Shown here piece by piece: positions 61,404-64,000 of a DNA stretch of 64,000 nucleotides. The notes under the pieces are model-generated. The model made no database searches, was not told where the DNA came from, and saw only the letters and a list, made by a program, of their open reading frames with translations. Source of the stretch: a virus; the IMG/VR virus record IMGVR_UViG_3300037493_005685, positions 31,499 through 95,498 of that record. One strand, 5' to 3'. Made by a program: the position numbers and the translations under genes. Each line of letters begins with the position of its first letter. The first letter of the stretch is position 1.

Positions 61404-64000
61404 TCAGCCCTCGACGATTAGTTGCCCAATCTTTTCCGCAATTTTGTCGATATCCAGTCTGGGAAGTACAACAGTATCTGACGCTTGTGGCAAGAGGTCT
61501 TCCAGCACAGAGGAAAGTTTTGCTGTACCTTCAGCCATTCGCTTAAGCCAACCTTGAGACGTTTGAAGCCCTTTACCTAGTCCGGATATACCGGGCTCTA
61601 AAAGCTGCTTATGCAACGCTCTACCTGCTAGGCTATTACCTACGGCACTTAGGCCCAAAGTACCGATACCCGCTGATAACAACGGATGCTCATTGGTAAA
61701 CTGCCCAGCTTGGTCCAGTAAGCGCCTACCCATAGGAAGCCCAGGGTGTCCAACTGGCTCTCCGCGCGCTAAGCGAGAGTTATAGTCACTGCTTAGCATC
61801 GTCATAAGACCCAGAGTCCCAAACAACGGAAGGGCCAAAGAAGAGACCTTAGCCATCTCGGTGTAAGTAGGGATAGGTACTCCCTGGTCAGTCATGTAGT
61901 GGGGACCCATATCAGGCAGGTGTGTGGCACCGGCAACAGCAAGGGTACCGCCCACAACAGGCTTAAGCGCTCCCAGCCCACGCCGGGTAAGAGCCGAGCC
62001 CATCATCTTGTACGCGCCCCCAAGAAGAGCAGCACCACCAAGAGTTTTGTACACGTTCTTCTTTGCGATTTCGTCATGGGCACGGATAGCCGCACCGCGC
62101 GTTGTCGCATACTGCTGACCTGTGGCAGGGTCCGTAACAGATAATGGCGTACCGAACGCACTCTCATCTCTGTATTTTTCAGGGACGATATTGCGCTTTA
62201 GGTACTCGCCCATTCCGGCGGTCTTACTAGCATAGGGACGCAGTAGCTCTGCAATCTTGGGGTCCACAGCATCTCTGTGAATGTTGAAGACATCGGAGCC
62301 TTCAAGGTCATCGAGAATCTGTGGGTTCTCAGAGATAAGGTCCATGATTGGACCCTGCAACCCAACGGCCCTATCAACCCAAGCTTCGTCCATGCCCTGG
62401 CCGGGATGAGACTTAAAGAATATCAGCTTCGTGAATTCTGGCGTCTTCAGCATCATCCCGCCAGAGAACGCCGTGGACAGCGTTTTGTTTAGCGGGAACT
62501 TTGAAAGCTGCTGCAGTGTGCCATCATCAATAGTCGGGATACTCTTGCTGCCCTCAAGAACTGTTGGGCGCATATTCTGGATGTTGCGTAGCTCTGTAGG
62601 GTCAACGTTCTCGGTCTTGGCGTCGAGCGGCACGCCTTGGATGACTTTGTCGATGACGGCAATCTTGTGCGCGGCGAGCTTGCGCTCGTCCATGAGGTCA
62701 AGATACTCACCAGCCTCAGCACCAGAGATTACGTAGGGCTGCTCGTAAGCAACCTTCTTCATCATGTACGCTGTGGGGTCTGCTGGCCTGATAACCCAAG
62801 AGATGTCGAAGAACTTAGGACTTGGGTTGAGCGCAGCAACCTTTACGCCGTTAATCACGTCGCGCATCTGGAAGCGCAGGTGGTCGCAGTACTGGGCGCG
62901 GGTGGGAGCGCGGTTACCGCAGATGGTGCAGTTGTGGCTGCAGATACCCTCAGCCAAGTAACTCTCATCATCCTCTACAGCCAGGTTGTGTACTATGTTC
63001 GTGGTGTCGGAGGAGTTCTCTATTTTTTTGACCGGTGTACACCAGTAGGAGCTCCAGAAGAAACTTTGGGGGCTTCCGTGCTGAGGTACTTTTTGAGTCC
63101 AGGATGCCTTCACTGAATACGTCTTTAGTTTTTGGAGGTCATGTGCTGTTATGTGCGCAAAGTAGCTAGGTATACACGTAAGCCTATCGAAGCTCATAGG
63201 ATGTCCTGCATTTCCCACAGATACGCATAACCCTGCAGACAAACCAAGGCGCTGTGTGTCGATGAGTAACGCGGGGTTAGTAGACAAAATTCTGCCTACA
63301 CCCTTAGTAGCGTCTACAGAACCGTCAGTGTCTAAATACCCACCAAGAACGCTTAGCTTCTCGTTGACGCTCCAGCTAAAAACGCTCTCGTGTATCTTCT
63401 TCTCCTTTGATTTAGACCCACCTAGCTCCAAAATAGTAGCCGCTAACTCAGGGCTATTTACGTGAATAGCCGCTTCTGTTTTGTCTGGGTTATCGTACCT
63501 GTTCCAACCATTAGGAAGCGCAAGTTCGTCAAGAGCGTCACAAAGGTGTTTAATACAATCCTCTTGAGTCAAGTTCATACTGAACTGAACCCCACGAGGA
63601 AACTTAATCCTGGGTGTGCTGGTGTCGTACGCTATTTCGTGCCTTTCGCTCCAGATAACGGAACCGTTACCCAGGTAGAAACCAAATACCGTAGCTAAAG
63701 CAGTACCCACAGTGTCTTTAGGATTGCAGGTATCTACAGGAATAAGAGCGTAGTCACCCACTCGAATGTCTTCAGCGGGAGTCCACTCAGGTGTTAATTC
63801 GACAGCACGATTACAACGAGGGCACGTAGGCTCTGCGTCTTTTTGGAACTTGTGGCGAAGACGTTCACCGTTCGCTGACCCCGTACAGGTTCGTACATCT
63901 TCCTTCTTCAGGATTAAGAAGGGATGTTTTCCTGTGGCCGTAATAGGGTGAGCTACGCCACTCGCTGTTACGGTGTAAAGGTCTTCGTCTGTCTCGTGAA
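61404..64000 (-). CDS. prohead protease-like protein (5' truncated by window) with intein and C-terminal Gly-rich extension
   Basis: Frame open to window end; C-extein CTICGNRAPTRAQYCDHL...FFDISWVIRPADPTA; position before scaffold/capsid genes. Confidence 0.75.
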   Translation of the reverse strand, partial: HETDEDLYTVTASGVAHPITATGKHPFLILKKEDVRTCTGSANGERLRHKFQKDAEPTCPRCNRAVELTPEWTPAEDIRVGDYALIPVDTCNPKDTVGTALATVFGFYLGNGSVIWSERHEIAYDTSTPRIKFPRGVQFSMNLTQEDCIKHLCDALDELALPNGWNRYDNPDKTEAAIHVNSPELAATILELGGSKSKEKKIHESVFSWSVNEKLSVLGGYLDTDGSVDATKGVGRILSTNPALLIDTQRLGLSAGLCVSVGNAGHPMSFDRLTCIPSYFAHITAHDLQKLKTYSVKASWTQKVPQHGSPQSFFWSSYWCTPVKKIENSSDTTNIVHNLAVEDDESYLAEGICSHNCTICGNRAPTRAQYCDHLRFQMRDVINGVKVAALNPSPKFFDISWVIRPADPTAYMMKKVAYEQPYVISGAEAGEYLDLMDERKLAAHKIAVIDKVIQGVPLDAKTENVDPTELRNIQNMRPTVLEGSKSIPTIDDGTLQQLSKFPLNKTLSTAFSGGMMLKTPEFTKLIFFKSHPGQGMDEAWVDRAVGLQGPIMDLISENPQILDDLEGSDVFNIHRDAVDPKIAELLRPYASKTAGMGEYLKRNIVPEKYRDESAFGTPLSVTDPATGQQYATTRGAAIRAHDEIAKKNVYKTLGGAALLGGAYKMMGSALTRRGLGALKPVVGGTLAVAGATHLPDMGPHYMTDQGVPIPTYTEMAKVSSLALPLFGTLGLMTMLSSDYNSRLARGEPVGHPGLPMGRRLLDQAGQFTNEHPLLSAGIGTLGLSAVGNSLAGRALHKQLLEPGISGLGKGLQTSQGWLKRMAEGTAKLSSVLEDLLPQASDTVVLPRLDIDKIAEKIGQLIVEG
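62931..64000 (-). mobile_element. intein with LAGLIDADG homing endonuclease (N-terminus outside window)
   Basis: Block B TATGKHPF; FGFYLGNGS and LGGYLDTDGS; C-terminal VHNLAVEDDESYLAEGICSHN/C. Confidence 0.9.

Noticed and set aside
1-64000. Prophage boundary or host chromosomal DNA
   Set aside because: No integrase, att duplication or housekeeping genes; tRNA and tmRNA lie inside phage-style operons

Overview
64 kb segment of a large, uncharacterised myovirus-type (contractile-tailed) bacteriophage, standard genetic code, with no host housekeeping genes. The right end (45.9-64 kb, minus strand) is the virion module: intein-interrupted prohead protease, small scaffold-like genes, head decoration protein, major capsid protein, neck/terminator genes, tail sheath, tube and baseplate spike. 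The rest holds accessory genes, two dense arrays of tiny aromatic/Arg-rich ORFs (0.4-2.8 kb and 19.3-23.3 kb), a 2 kb non-coding skew-switch region beside a 1028-aa Myb-like protein (candidate origin), an HNH endonuclease, tRNA-Leu, tmRNA, a tRNA-like RNA with a shortened anticodon arm and a multi-helix candidate ncRNA. The most notable unannotated pattern is a dispersed set of more than 10 Gly-zipper-rich genes. Many are read from leaderless promoters (TAnnnT exactly 6 nt before ATG) and they carry a short peptide, K-x-[AS]-[YF][DE]xGYx[DE]xLxxL..K-x-A, that matches the tandem repeats of the scaffold protein. This suggests a protease-cleavable capsid-loading tag for a large membrane-active internal cargo (inference). 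All calls come from reading the sequence by eye; no database searches were run.
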